A stretch of DNA of 64,000 bases from Octopus vulgaris (lineage: Eukaryota): positions 42,098,001 to 42,162,000 of the forward strand of contig OX597823.1 in NCBI GenBank assembly GCA_951406725.2, read 5' to 3'. The translations under genes were made by a program, and so were the position numbers. The notes under the pieces were generated by a model. The model saw only the letters and a list, made by a program, of their open reading frames with translations, was not told the DNA's origin and made no database searches. Every line of letters starts with the position of its first letter. Within the stretch, counting starts at the first letter, position 1. Of the stretch, positions 28,144 through 41,214 are shown one piece after another.

Positions 28144-28408
28144 TTAAGAGAATATCAGAATGATTGATTAGGTGTTTAAAATTCGAATCATATACTCAGG
28201 TTAATTTTATCTGCCTTTAGGAAATAATAAAATAATTACCAATCAAATACTGGGTTTGTTTTAATCAAACTTGTGTCTTCTTCCGTTATATTTCAGGGTC
28301 TGAAATGTGTAATTTTATTTATTTTGTTAGGATGTTTTAGTGTAGTTGTGGACTTATTGTATATTCATTCACCAACTGCTCAAATCACCAACACGTGATC
28401 CATATATA

Positions 28409-28848
28409 CAGGCTGCAGTGAATATATTGTCATCTAAATTATGCAAAAATGAAAATAACTCTGACATCTCATTTTAACAGATATATTTACCAAAATTACC
28501 TAGAAATATCTTGAAATATTAAAGAGTAAATTTATTCAACAAAATTGCCATTGGCTTCAACCATGGCCTCCAGATGACTTCAGAATCTCTTGCAACTCTT
28601 CTGGATGGTCTCCTTGTTTAAGTTGGTGAATGCTGCCATAATCCTTGCCTTCAGTTCATCTTTGGTGTTACAAGGAGTTTTGTTGGTCTCTTGCTCGACT
28701 GCACCCCACACATAATAATGAAGTGGGTTGCAGTCTGGGGAGTTAGGTGGCCAAATGTTAGGGGTGACGTGGTCTGACAGCCATGACTGGGTTCTCCTGC
28801 TTGTGTGGCATGGTGCAGAGTCCTGTTGCCAGACATAAGGCCTTCCCA
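28409..28848 (-). mobile_element. Tc1/mariner superfamily (maT/DD37D-like) transposon, 3' fragment
   Basis: Minus-strand peptide YVWQQDSAPCH...WPPNSPDCNPLHYYVWG...KSCKRF; TA-CAGG terminus at 28407-28412. Confidence 0.88.
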
Positions 28849-28894
28849 ATATAGTCCATCCAACCCTTTCAAGCATGGGAAAGTGGACATTAAA

Positions 28895-28929
28895 ATGATG
28901 ATGACGATGGTGATGGTGGCGATGATGAC

Positions 28930-28978
<49 letters not shown>
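28895..28978. repeat. (GAT)n tail of an RTE/SINE-C 3' end
   Basis: Follows caagcatgggaaagtggacattaaaatg. Confidence 0.85.
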
Positions 28979-29771
28979 TATAAATAAGTAAGAATCCGGT
29001 ACAAATCTAAGTGGCATGATATAACTAACTTAGATCTTCAGAGAGCCAAAAACATTGCTCAATGACATACAAGATTATTTGAATAGTAAAAAGCATGAAT
29101 AATGTTGTTTATTTAACAGCATATTAGGTTTGTCAGTTTAACATGGCTTCAAAAATCAATAGAAACAGCAAATTGATCAACATGATAAAGGTTCAGAATG
29201 CAATGTTTCTGGATTTTTCAAGTTAAGTTGATTAGTGAATACTTATTTAAAACATGTTTATTTATTGAAAATCAGAATTAAAAAACACTGAACAATTTAA
29301 CTCATTAAGAAATTTTATTTGCTTTGAATGTGTGATTTATTTTACTCTTCTTTTTTTATAATTTTAAAAAGAAAAAAAAGCATACAGGAAAATATATACA
29401 AAGATAGTTGCTGCTTTGAAGAGGACATTTTTATTTTGTGTACACACACACACTTATGTTTATATGTAGTTGTAAATATATATCTGTCGATATATGCATA
29501 TATATATATATATGTGTGTGTGTATATATAAATTTATAAATATATACACAGATAGATTGATTGATATAGATATTTGTGCATGTGTGAGAGACTAGGAGTA
29601 TAGATACATATATATATTTGTGTATATTCACACATGTATATACATATATACATACATGCATAACACACAGTTATCTACCCATCCATCCATTCATATATAC
29701 ACAAGACAAGTAAAATGATGAAGAGTCAATGCAGCACAAGATTACTACTCCTTACAAATATGCTAGTGACT

Positions 29772-30550
29772 AACAAGGTGGTATAACAAATTTCCCAGAT
29801 TAGTTCTGTAGTGCATCAACAGATGGCAGCACAAGTTTGTGTGTGCAGTGGGAGCCTGTAGTGACCTTCATGAGACAGTATGCTGTGTTTACTTTGCAAA
29901 TACTTTTTTACTTGTTTCAGTCATTTGACTGTGGCCATGCTGCAGCACCACCTTTAGTCGAGCAAATCGACCCAGGGACTTATTCTTTGTTATCCTAGTA
30001 CTTATTCTACCGGTCTCTTTTTGACAAACTGCTAGGTTAATGGGACATAAACACACCAGCATTGGTTGTCAAGTGATGTTGGGGGGGGGGGACAAACACA
30101 GACACACAAAGACACACACATATATACATATACACATATACGACAGGCTTCTGTTTCCGTTAAGGCTTTGGTTGGCCTGAGGCTATAGTAGAAGACATTT
30201 GCCCAAGGTTCCACACAGTGGGACTGAACCCGGAACCATGTGGCTGGTAAGCAAGCTACTTACCACAGTGAAATTTGTGTTTTTGTGATAATTTATATGC
30301 TGTAGTCAGTGATTTTGTCATGGACAGGAAGTTGGAACAAAAAGTCAATATGAAATTTTGCATTAAACTTGGGAAGTCTGCTACAAAGACACTGAGTATG
30401 CTTCATTAAGCTTACAGTGATGAGGCACTGGGCCATACACAATGTTTTAAGTGACATGGGCACTTCAAAAGAGGAAGAACAAAAGACAATGCATGATCTG
30501 GAAGACCTGCCATGAGTATCACCCCTTGAAATGTGAGGGAAATTGTGTCC
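29772..30550 (+). mobile_element. Mariner 5' remnant split by a SINE A insertion
   Basis: From 30320 reads MDRKLEQKVNMKFCIKLGKSATKTLSMLH*AYSDEALG; the 5' boundary rests on a weak TIR-like start and caacagatggcagcac. Confidence 0.7.
29905..30268 (-). mobile_element. SINE family A
   Basis: Homology to 11128-11534. Confidence 0.88.
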
Positions 30551-31086
30551 AGCACTGAGGATGAGCAAAAATAACCTGAAACCAGGCTGGTCTGTTGATT
30601 CATCACTGGAAGGCAGTAGGAATTCACTTCCCTGCTTGCAATATATCGGATGCAGGATGCATTATTAACCAGCTAGAGGAAAAGTTCTTTTGGATTTAAA
30701 ACATCATAGTAACATCCATTTATATAAAACAGCCATGGTGAAGTGGTGACAAACATTACTTGCCAGTTCAGTTACTGCCTTTCTTAGAGAGATTTCATAA
30801 CTAGCTGCTTTGCTTGCATATATATGTATGTGTGTACTTGTGTGTTTGTATATTTATGTTATATATATATATATATTTAAGCTTATCTTGATAGATTTCC
30901 TATTGAATTCAGAGCCGGCACTGAAAGTTACAATTGCTTTGTAACTTATATTCAAAAGAATATCTGAAGAGATAAACTTAAAAATAGAAAAACTGCACTG
31001 CCAACACAAAAGTAAGATACAATATTGACTTGTCAACCTTCCTTTAATATACTTGGTTGTATATTTATGGTTTCAAAATGAAATAC

Positions 31087-31123
31087 TGTCTCCTTGCTAG
31101 CAATTAATATATATATATATACG

Positions 31124-31195
<72 letters not shown>

Positions 31196-31231
31196 CGGGT
31201 GTGTGTATATATATATGTATATTTATGTATG

Positions 31232-31265
<34 letters not shown>

Positions 31266-31299
31266 TATACATATATGTGTGTGGGTGTGTGTATATATG

Positions 31300-31337
<38 letters not shown>

Positions 31338-31385
31338 TATGTATATATATGTATGTATATATATGTATATATATGTATGTATGTA
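31087..31385. repeat. Compound (TA)/(TATG) microsatellite
   Basis: Direct observation. Confidence 0.92.
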
Positions 31386-33329
31386 TTTGTCCTTACAACT
31401 ACTGGTTGACAAATGGTGGTTATTCTTTTCGTTATGTCCCCAAAACTTAACAGCCCAGCATTAAGAGACCAATGCTGACATTGCTTTGTTTGACTAAACC
31501 CTTCAAGGTGGTGGTGCCCCAGCATAATGGCCACAGTCCAATGGCTGAAACATGTAAAAGACAGAAAATAAGTTCTAAACATATGTTTCAGCCCTGCAAG
31601 TAGTATCCTTCATTCTAAATCTGTGAAAACATGTCTAGTTACAGTGAAATACCACCTTACTCAGAAACAGGGAAGGGTTAGTAACACGAAAGGCATCTGG
31701 CTGTAGAATAAATACCTCAGAATAAATACCTTCACATGTACTTTCCTCTCATTCAAACACACTTTCGTGAAAGGTAGAAAATTGCAAGTAGCAACACTTC
31801 TTGTATTACAGTGGTATCTAGATAAGGATGGACACACACACATTCACCTGTAGTTGTAATTTCAAAAGCCAGACTTGCAATTTTGGATGTCATGCTGATC
31901 GAAACTGAGAATTAAATTAAGAGTATACATGTCTGTGGAATACTTAGCAACTTCCAATGTAGTGATCAAATAACTGATATACTCACCAGTAGCTGACATA
32001 CCCAGTAATTCCCGGGAAAGTGGGGCTTATCCCTTGGTTCCATTCTCATAATTGTTTTGCTAATCCAATAACAACAATACAAAGTGTGTAACCCTTGAAA
32101 TGGTTTTTGTGCATTTACAGAGAATACCAAACTGTCTTAAACAAGATTTTATTTTTAGGAATTTCCAATAAGTTATGAATGCCCAAATTGTGAAGTCAGT
32201 TATATAATAACATGAAAATCGTTACCCGATAGTAAGAATTCAAATAAAGTAGCCCCAAAAGGGCTTTAATGCATTCTCAGGAAATACTAATAAGATATGT
32301 ATACTAAAATCAAGAAGTATGTTATGTAACAACAGGCTAATCAGATATGAGATAAAAATAATTCAAAATAAATAACTCTGAAAAGGACTTTTGTATGCTC
32401 CTAGAGAATATTACCCTCAGGGGTGCTAGTGTTGGTATATTCGTGAATAAGTCACTAACCGAAATAAGTGGATCTATTGTTTAGGAAAATATTATTTACT
32501 TGATTAAGGGTTACACTGGATAAATAGCAAAAATAACTCTAACAGTTCAAATACTAAGAAATAAGCATACTCATTTTGATTGATACCAAAATATTTAGGA
32601 AAATGAATGGGTTATTTCCCTTGGCTTTTAGAATATCATGCATATCATGTATACATATTTTTGCATTAGTGTGGCTGTGTAGTAAGGAGTTTGCTTTGCA
32701 ACCACATGGTTCTGGGTTCAGTCCCACTGTGTGGAACTTTAGGAAAGTGTCTTCTGCTATAGCCTTAGGCCAATCAAAGCCTTGTGAGTGGATTTCGTTG
32801 ATGTAAACTGAAAGAAGCTCACTATATATGTTTGTGTGTGTGTTTGTGTCTGTTTGTCTCCACTACTACTTGACAATCAGTGTTGGAGTGTTTATATCAC
32901 TGTAGTCTATCTCAAGAAGGAACAAAATTTGTAACTGAATTTGTTAGGCAAAATCTGAAAGAAGCCCATCAAATATATATGTATGTAAGCCTATATGTTT
33001 TTACATATGTATGCATTTATGTATGTACGAGGTGTGTGTGTGTGTGTGTGTGTCTTTTCATTGCATATCACAAGTTAGTTGTAAACAACCAGCATTGTCA
33101 TAAAACCATTTTGGTTTTATTTGTAATCATCCATGCTGAAAAGTGTTTGGCCATTCTGTTGTTAGTGTTCGAAGGATTACAGGAAATATTTTCTGAATTG
33201 GAAACAGGTAAGAGTTGGCAACAACAAGAGCAGCCAGCTGTAGAAAATCTGCTACAACGAATCTTTTTCAGACTTATGCAAGCATGGAAAGGGGGACATT
33301 AAAATGATGTTGATGCTGATATATGTAAT

Positions 33330-33660
33330 ATTTTATTCTCTGGTGCTTGATATTTCTCACTTTTCTTTTGTGGTTTTCCTGGATGTTTCTCTCAAAAATT
33401 ATGTTAGGCCTTCTGGAAGTGATGGATTTATGCATGTGGCAGTCAAAATTCCCAGAGAATTTTCAATCTTGTTTTCCATTTTGGTCACTGTATCCCATCT
33501 GACTTTATCCTTCACAGAATAATTCTCCATTCAATCATTTTTGCTTTGCACAGCCGACTGCCAAAACCATCAATACAATGTTATGCTATTCTTAACAAAT
33601 ATTCCCAACAAGTATTTTTTTTTTATATATCCAGGCAGCAGATGAGGAACTTTGCATTTT
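33330..33660 (-). mobile_element. Highly decayed R4/Dong-like fragment
   Basis: Minus-strand remnants KILWEF, TSRRPNII and KSEKYQ in the order expected for the restriction-like endonuclease region. Confidence 0.5.
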
Positions 33661-33985
33661 TATTGTTGTTTAGCTTGCACAAGTCCTTGATTCCCACTTT
33701 CCCTTGGTTTTATTTTACTGTATTGCTTCTATGATTTATTTTAATTTTAATTTTTATGCCCCTACCCTGTAAATTCAAGGTCTTGTACCAAGGTAAGAAA
33801 TCATTGTCATTGTTATTATTATCATCATCATCACTATTATCATTATAATCATTATTATTATTATTATAATTATAATTACTATTATTTTTATTTTTATTAT
33901 TAAGGTGGCAAGCTGGTAGAGTTCGTATAATCAAATAGCCCATCCTTCCCAAAAGATTTCAGGCCTTGTGCCTATAGCAGAAAGG

Positions 33986-34041
<56 letters not shown>

Positions 34042-34294
34042 CATCATTATTATTATTATTATTATTATTAAGGTGGTGTGCTTGCAGAATCATTAGCATG
34101 CAAGGCAAAATGCTTAGAGGCATTTCACTTGTCGCTTCATTCTGAGTTCAAATTCTGCCAGTATCAATTTTGCCTTTCATCCTTTCATGGTTGATAAAAT
34201 AAAGTACCAGCTGAGCACTGGAGTTAATGTAATCGACTGTACCCCTCCCTCAAATTTTAGGCCTTGTGCCTTTAGTAGAAAGGAATATTATTAC

Positions 34295-34348
<54 letters not shown>

Positions 34349-34574
34349 AGCATTGAGCTGGCAGAATCATTAGCAAGTTTAGTGATTTTACTTCTGGCTT
34401 TTTATGTTCCACATTGAAATTCTGCTGAGGTCAACTTTGGGTTTCATTTTTGAAAATTCAATAAAAATAAAGTACCAGTGAAGTTACCGGGGTCAATGTA
34501 ATCAACTAAACCCCACCTCTAAGATTGCTGGACTTTTGACAAAATTTGCAGCAATTATTGATATAACTATTACA

Positions 34575-34770
34575 TGTCCTATCAGTTAGCAGGGATATTT
34601 TCTTGAGGTTGGATGGAAACAATTCTCCTCGAATGTCAAGAATCTTTCTGACAATTCTTGCAGAATACAGGATTGCACTTTTCTACAGAATTCTAATAGA
34701 ATTGTGACTCTATTATCCCTCAGCCTATTAGGTAGAAGTTTGGGTGTTTATACCAAGTGGTCAACATTTC
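34575..34770 (-). mobile_element. R4/Dong-like extreme 3' fragment
   Basis: Minus-strand KSAILYSARIVRKILDIRG matches the R4-clade C-terminal QKxxLLxTAxIxRKxL motif. Confidence 0.6.
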
Positions 34771-35308
34771 TTCTTCTTCTTCTCATCATCATCATCATTA
34801 AGAAGGTAATGAGCTGGCAGAATCATTAGCGTGCTTAGCAGTATTTCATTTGTCATTACGTTCTAAGTTCAAATTCCACCAAGGTTGACTTTGCCTTTCA
34901 TCCTTTCAGGGTTGATAAATTAAGTACCAGTCAAGCACTGGGGTTGATGTAATCGACTAGCCCCCTCCCCACAAATTTCGGGCCTTGTGCCTTTAACAGG
35001 AAAGATTATCATTATTATTATTATTAGTAGTAGTAGTAGGAGTAGTAGTATTAGTAGTAGTAGTAGTAGTAGCAGCAGCAGCAGTGGTATTAAAGCAGTC
35101 AGCTAGCAAAATCATTAGTGCACTGGACAAAATGCTTAGCAGTATTTCACCCATCACTACATTCTGAGTTCAAATCCAGCTGAGGTCGACTTGGTCTTTC
35201 ATCTCTCTAGGGTCAATAAAATAAAACAACCAGTCAAATACTAGAGTCTATGTTATCAACTTGTCCTTTGCCCTAAAACTTGCTGACCTTGTGCCAAAAT
35301 TAAAAGGA

Positions 35309-35355
<47 letters not shown>

Positions 35356-35915
35356 CATGTTTCAGTAGTCTTATTTCTATCACATGTTTTCACTGCACTA
35401 CCAAGTGCAGCTCTGTATGCCTTGGTTATGTGCTGTGGTATTTTTACTGTATTGAAAGTGTTTTACGTAGGATGTGTGCAGTGCTTAATAGTGCCATTTT
35501 CAGCATGTTATTCCTGGTGTTTTCGTTATGTATTTGTCTGAATATCTTTTTTTATCATACCTAATGTGCCTACTATGATCGGAATTATTTCTGTTTTTAG
35601 ACTCCACATTCGAGTTACCTCTATTTCCAGATATTTGTATTTTGAAAGTTTCTCTGTTTCTTTTAGAGAAATATTGTCATCTATTACTATTGATAATTCG
35701 ATTAGGAGGCATTTTTTTTTCGTTGTGATCTCTGACAGCTATATCCTGCTTATTGGCCTTAATTTCTCTATCTGTGTGTATTGGCATATTCCAGAATATG
35801 GTTGCTTTCTCATTTTCTGTTACTTTTTCTAGCGTGTGCCTACACCATCTTTTTTCTGATGTTATTCCATAGTGTTGGCATAGCTTCCAGTGTTTATAGG
35901 TCCCAACTCTGTCAT
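35356..35915 (-). mobile_element. R4/Dong-clade non-LTR retrotransposon 3' end inserted in (TAA)n
   Basis: Minus strand DRVGTYKHWKLCQHYG...TIFWNMPIHTDREIKANKQDI, frameshift, CLLIELSI...EKLSKYKYLEIEVTRMW...IPIIVGTLG...ALLSTAHILRKTL; (TAT)n on both flanks. Confidence 0.88.
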
Positions 35916-36528
35916 ATTATTTATTATTATTATTATTATTATTATTTTTAAGGTGGTGAGCTGACAGAATCATTGACATGCCAGGCAAAATGCTTCGTAG
36001 AATTTTGTTTGTCTTTAAATTCTGAGTTCAAATTCTGCTAGAGTCAGTTTTGCTTTATATCCTTTCAGAGTCAATAAATAACACTGGGGTTGATATAATC
36101 GACTAGTCGCCTCCCCCAAAATTTCAGGCCTTGTGCCTTTAGTAGAAGGAATTATCATTATTAGTATTATTATTATTGTTGTTATTATTAGGGTGATGGA
36201 TTAGCAGAATTGTTGGAGTATCAGAAAAAAATCACTTGCAGCATTTTTTCAGGCTGTTTATTTGCTGAACTCAATATTCTCATTCACGCTTTTGAAATCA
36301 ATACAGTAAAATACCAGTAAGATACTGGGGTTTGCGGTATCAGCCAACCCTTTCCCCCTCAAACCTGCTGGCCTTGTACCTAAATCAGATACCATTCTTC
36401 TTCTTCTTCTTCTTCTTCTTCTTCTTCTTCTTCTTCTTCTTCTTCTTCTTCTAGTCAAGTACTGGGATCGATGTTATCAACTCATCCCCTTCCACCAAAT
36501 TTCAGGCCTTGTGCTTATAGTAGAAAGG

Positions 36529-36578
<50 letters not shown>

Positions 36579-36780
36579 GGTGGTGAGCTTAGCAGAATTG
36601 TTAGCATACTGGGCAAAATGCTTAGCCTCATTTCATGTCTTTATGTTCTGAGTTCAAATTCCACCGAGGTTAACCTTTCATCCTTTCAGGGTCAATAAAA
36701 AGAGTACCAGTTTACTTTACATGAAGTGTTACAATCTTACATTAACTTTCAAGTCTTTCTCTCATTATCTCCATTGAAAG

Positions 36781-36798
36781 CACACTCATGGTTTCCAT
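36781..36798 (+). CDS. Candidate 18-nt micro-exon
   Basis: attaac branch-like motif, pyrimidine tract, aag acceptor, consensus gtaagt donor; open in all three frames. Confidence 0.33.
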
Positions 36799-37339
36799 GT
36801 AAGTTACGGTGGTGTTGCTGTTTCCTAAGTTTTATTTTCATTTCTCTATTATTAATTTTACTCGTATCTCTATCTTAGTAGAAACTGATGGATAAAGAAA
36901 TCAAACTACATAAACAAACAACAGTAAAACCATTCAGAAATTAAACAACACTATCATATTCAGTAAAAATAATAAATTTAATTTATCCTCGACAATTTTT
37001 AGTTTTAATAATTTTGAATATATCACTCCTGTTTAAAACCTTTTACCTACTTGACAATTGCATTTCTAGTTCTTCCTTGATGGAAGCTTTACTTCTTGGA
37101 CACATGTTTTCCTGTGCCGTGTTGTTGTTAAACCTCTGTTAACAGCACCGTATGCAAGTCCTTTCTGTTTTCTTTCACAAATGGATAAATTTTTCATTAT
37201 AGACCTTAATGGTCATAAAGACACTATATCAGTGGATAGACTAAAAAAAGGCCTTCATAGAGAAAACTGCCCCTGTTCCCACAGCAGACACACACACAGC
37301 ATTACAAACATGGCCTGCACACCCACCTTCACATTCCAT

Positions 37340-37560
37340 GATTACCATTGCGATTGATCAGGTACCGGAACAAGAATTCTGGATTATTTTTCTGGATTTT
37401 TTTACTTAATTTTTGAGAGTGGACGGGTTCATTTTTAGTATTCTCATTTGAAAGAGCAGTTGAGTTTATTTCAGATATTCTCATTTTAAAAATGCCCTCT
37501 GGCTAATCATTGAGAGAACGTTGGTGTTGCCTTGGTGTAGGTTGCACTCTCTGAGTGCTC

Positions 37561-37565
<5 letters not shown>
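37340..37565 (+). mobile_element. Helentron/HINE-like non-autonomous element, 3' end
   Basis: ccttggtgtaggtt followed by hairpin gcactc-tct-gagtgc (37544-37558) and tcttgtt; resembles the recalled GGCGGAGGT...GCACTCTCTGAGTGC terminus; 5' boundary uncertain. Confidence 0.5.
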
Positions 37566-37609
<44 letters not shown>

Positions 37610-37610
37610 C

Positions 37611-37990
37611 ATTTAAGACATTGCACAGTATCCAATATCGTGATATTGATTGAAGATATCAGGGGTTTGTACTGTCTGTCAATCACAACGACCTCAGATG
37701 GACAGTACTTTATGCGATATGTGTGCAGTTCTAAGTAATGCCAATTTTTGCAAAACACCTAGATTGTAGGGTATTTCTAAAGTTTCCAGATGTTTCTTCA
37801 GGTTGGATGGTATTGAGCCCAATACTCCAATAACAGTAGGGACAACATTTATGTTTGACTCTCATCACTGCCACATCTTGGTGATCTCAGTTCTCAGGTC
37901 TCCATATTTATCAATCCTTTCTCTTTTTTTCATGATAATATGTTGATCTCTTGGCACTGCCACATCGATTATTAGGCACTCGTGTTTGTC
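37611..37990 (-). mobile_element. Second R4/Dong-like family, 3' end abutting (TAT)n
   Basis: Minus strand CLIIDVAVP...DKYGDLRTEITKMW...VVPTVIGVLGSIP...LQKLALLRTAHI. Confidence 0.85.
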
Positions 37991-38667
37991 CCTCTTAAAG
38001 GTTACTATATCTGTCCTTCAGTGCTCTATGTATTATTATCATCATCATTATTATTATCATCATCATTATTATTACTATTATCATCATCATCATCATCACC
38101 ATCTTTATTATTATTATTATTATTAAAGTACCAGAATGAGAAACTTGTAGAATGTAATTATATTTCTTTATAGTTCCACTTCAAAACTGTTATATATGTG
38201 GGTCAAGGATATTGAGTACCTTTTTTTCCCATAACGCATGGCCTTGCATTTAGATAAACATCATTAGTAGTAGTAGTAGTAGTGGTGGTAGTGGTAGTGG
38301 TAGTAGTAGTGGTGGTAGGGGTGGTGGTAGTTGTGGTTGTAGTTGTAGGGGAGTGAGCTGGTAAAAAGAGTATATTATTGCACTAGCACCAAATGCTTTG
38401 CAGTATTTGGTAGCATCTCTTTGCATTCATAGTCCAAACCCTAACAAAAACTGGCTTAGCTTTCATCCTTCCATCGTCAATAAAATAAACAACATGCATG
38501 TATTATACTTCTCTGATCGACATGTGTGACCCTTGTACAAGAGTTTGAAGTCATTATGAGAACTTGTTAACTTTGTTGTTGTTATTGTTGTTTTCAGTTT
38601 TAGTTTGTTCTTATGTGATCTGAAATGTTTAACCAAAATTTGATTTTTTTTTTTCATTCCTTTGCAG

Positions 38668-38710
38668 AAGATCTTCTTTACATGGTTCCACAAACATATC
38701 CTCCTCCTCT
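38668..38710 (+). CDS. Candidate small exon, frame undetermined (RSSLHGSTNISSSS or EDLLYMVPQTYPPP)
   Basis: Strong poly-T...cattcctttgcag acceptor; weak gtttgt donor. Confidence 0.25.
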
Positions 38711-41039
38711 GTTTGTGACAACTGTTTTTAAGAGCAATCATTCACAAATGCAAACACATACGCACACAACAAACGTTCATTCATTCATACATCCATTCAT
38801 GTGTTTGTTTATGTATGTTTGTTTGTCATCTTTTTTTTTTTCTTTTGAAGTCTCCTACTCAGAAAATATCTGCGACATAAAAGAAATGTTTATTCCTTCA
38901 GATAAATTTCCATTATAGAAGAATATTACTGTAAACTATGTGTTTACACGGCAACAACAACAACTACAACAACAGTAATAATGTAATGTTTTTCAGATGC
39001 TATATACACAGATCAGACACAATCCAAATAAATGGAAAAATTATTAGGAGTGACAGTTTCTATATTTAGACCACTATCAGATGTCAGATGTAAACAAATT
39101 AGGTCGCATATAGATGGGCCCTGAGAAGGAAAAAATGAACGTTCCAGGCAAAACTGTGTGTTTCTGAAATCACTACCTAACACATATTTTAGTAGTGCAC
39201 ATTTTCTAATCAGTCTATGGCAGTTCAGGCTGTCTTTAGATCATGTACCAATTCCAGAAATATATAATCATTGTCTTCATTTAACATCCCATCTTCCTTG
39301 CTGGTATAAGTTGGATGGTTCAATAGGAACCAACATGCCAAGAGGTTGCACCAAGTTTCAGCATCTGCTTTGGCATAGTTTTCTTAACTGGATGTCCTTC
39401 CTAATACCAACCAGTTTACAGAGTGTACTGGATACTATTTTTTTTTTTTTGTGGCACCAACACTAGTGAGGTCACTAGATAACTTGCAAGACAAGATCCC
39501 CTCAGCTGAGTGATGTATAGCATTGAAAGATGTGACAGTATGGTAGAGGGACAGGATCAGATGTCTAGCTCACAAGGTGAACACATGGCTTCCTCTAATG
39601 GAGAGAACATGTTGGCTTAATGTATTCTAAAATCTATTTGATAAATGTTGAACAATATTAAATAAAAGAAAAGTTAGAGAAAGGATATGGATTTATATGA
39701 AACAGATAATCAGTGGTTTGAGAGGAGATAGTTATAAAACATCAGAAAGAATATGTTTGACATAAGGGAATTAAAGTTGATGAACTGACAGAATGGTTAG
39801 TGCATCAGAGAAAATGCTTAGCACCGTTTCATCCAGCACTTTACAATTTGAGCTCAAATCTTTCCAATGTTGACTTTTGTTTCTCATCCCTTCAAAGTTG
39901 ATAAAATAAAGTACCAGTCAGGTACTGGAGTCAATGTAACTGACTTGCCCACCTCCTCTCAAAATTGCTGATTTTTAGGCTCTACAAGGGACTGGTATCC
40001 TGTTCAGGGGAATGTCATGATCTTGGTCACCTGTATACTATGGAACCTGGGTAACCAACCTTATAGTTCCTATAGCCCATTAAAGAAAATGGGGAGTTAG
40101 AAGAAGGACAAAGATGAGAGAATGATATATATATCATATTAGTTATTATTTTATAATCTAGCTACTCTCTATGCCAGCTAGAGCAAAACTTTTCATAAAT
40201 TTGTGCTATTTTTCTAGTGTGAAAAAACATTCTTACCATGGGACATCCTTTGTATGATAAGCCATTTCTTATTTCACTTACTATAATGTAGAGCTAGTTT
40301 CTGTTACCAACAGAGAAATAATTACTGCAATATGCTATCATTTGATGGTTGGCTGGAAAATATTCTTTTTAATTTTTCTACATTGTAAATTTTTGATTTA
40401 AAAAAATTTTAATTCTTTATTTTTTTTTCTAAAACACTCAGCTGTTTTGATGTATTTTGTATCAGCAAGTATTCTTGTGGTTGAATGCCTTTGAAACATA
40501 GCTCTTATCTATTTTCGAAACCTATTTTCAAATTTAGGCATATTAAGACAAATAAGTAAAACAAATAGCTAGCTGCACAGAGACATTAACACAATTACTG
40601 CTACAAAGTTTGAAAATCATAAATGTTTGGTTTATTCGTCTAGCACATTGACTTCATAGACAAATTGTAATCTTAAGTCTTGACAACACTGATTAATTTA
40701 TTTATTGCACTGAGGATAGAGGACAAAAGTATCAACTGAGGAACCAACCTGAATAATTGATATCCTACCAATTATGTTTCTTCTTTTTACCTTTCATTCA
40801 ATTGAGACATTCTCTTTTTCTGTCTTTTGCTCTCTACTCTGTTCTCTTTCCCATTCATTCTTACCACTTATTCTCTTTTCCATTCTTCTACACTCACTTT
40901 CTTTCCATTTCTGTATTTGTTTTTTTGTAAGATTCTTGATGTGAAAATCGTGTGTTGAAACAGATGTGTCTTAGAAAAGTCATTTGGCTAATAAAAGACC
41001 CACACACACTGGTTCTATTCCACTTCTTTTTGTTGCAGT

Positions 41040-41060
41040 TATTATTATTATTATTATTAC

Positions 41061-41098
<38 letters not shown>

Positions 41099-41157
41099 GT
41101 AGTAGTAGTAGTAGTAGTTGTTGTTGTAGTTATAGTAGTAGTAGTGTAGTAGTGGTT

Positions 41158-41214
<57 letters not shown>

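Larger units (their letters stand above)
33902..36712 (+). mobile_element. Train of about nine co-oriented SINE family B copies separated by (TAT)n/(TAG)n/(CTT)n
   Basis: Heads at about 33902, 34071, 34348, 34803, 35092, 35951, 36191 and 36577, plus a 3' half at 36453; tails ggccttgtgcctwtagtagaaagg-(att)n. Confidence 0.9.

Noticed and set aside
28580-29017. 145-aa ORF with a poly-His tract fused to a transposase motif
   Set aside because: Chance read-through of an antisense (GAT)n tail into a truncated Tc1/maT fragment whose last catalytic Asp appears replaced (NPLHY).
33902-36712. Repeat-spacer pattern resembling a CRISPR array
   Set aside because: Units are about 200-bp diverged SINEs with microsatellite spacers, in eukaryotic context with no cas genes.
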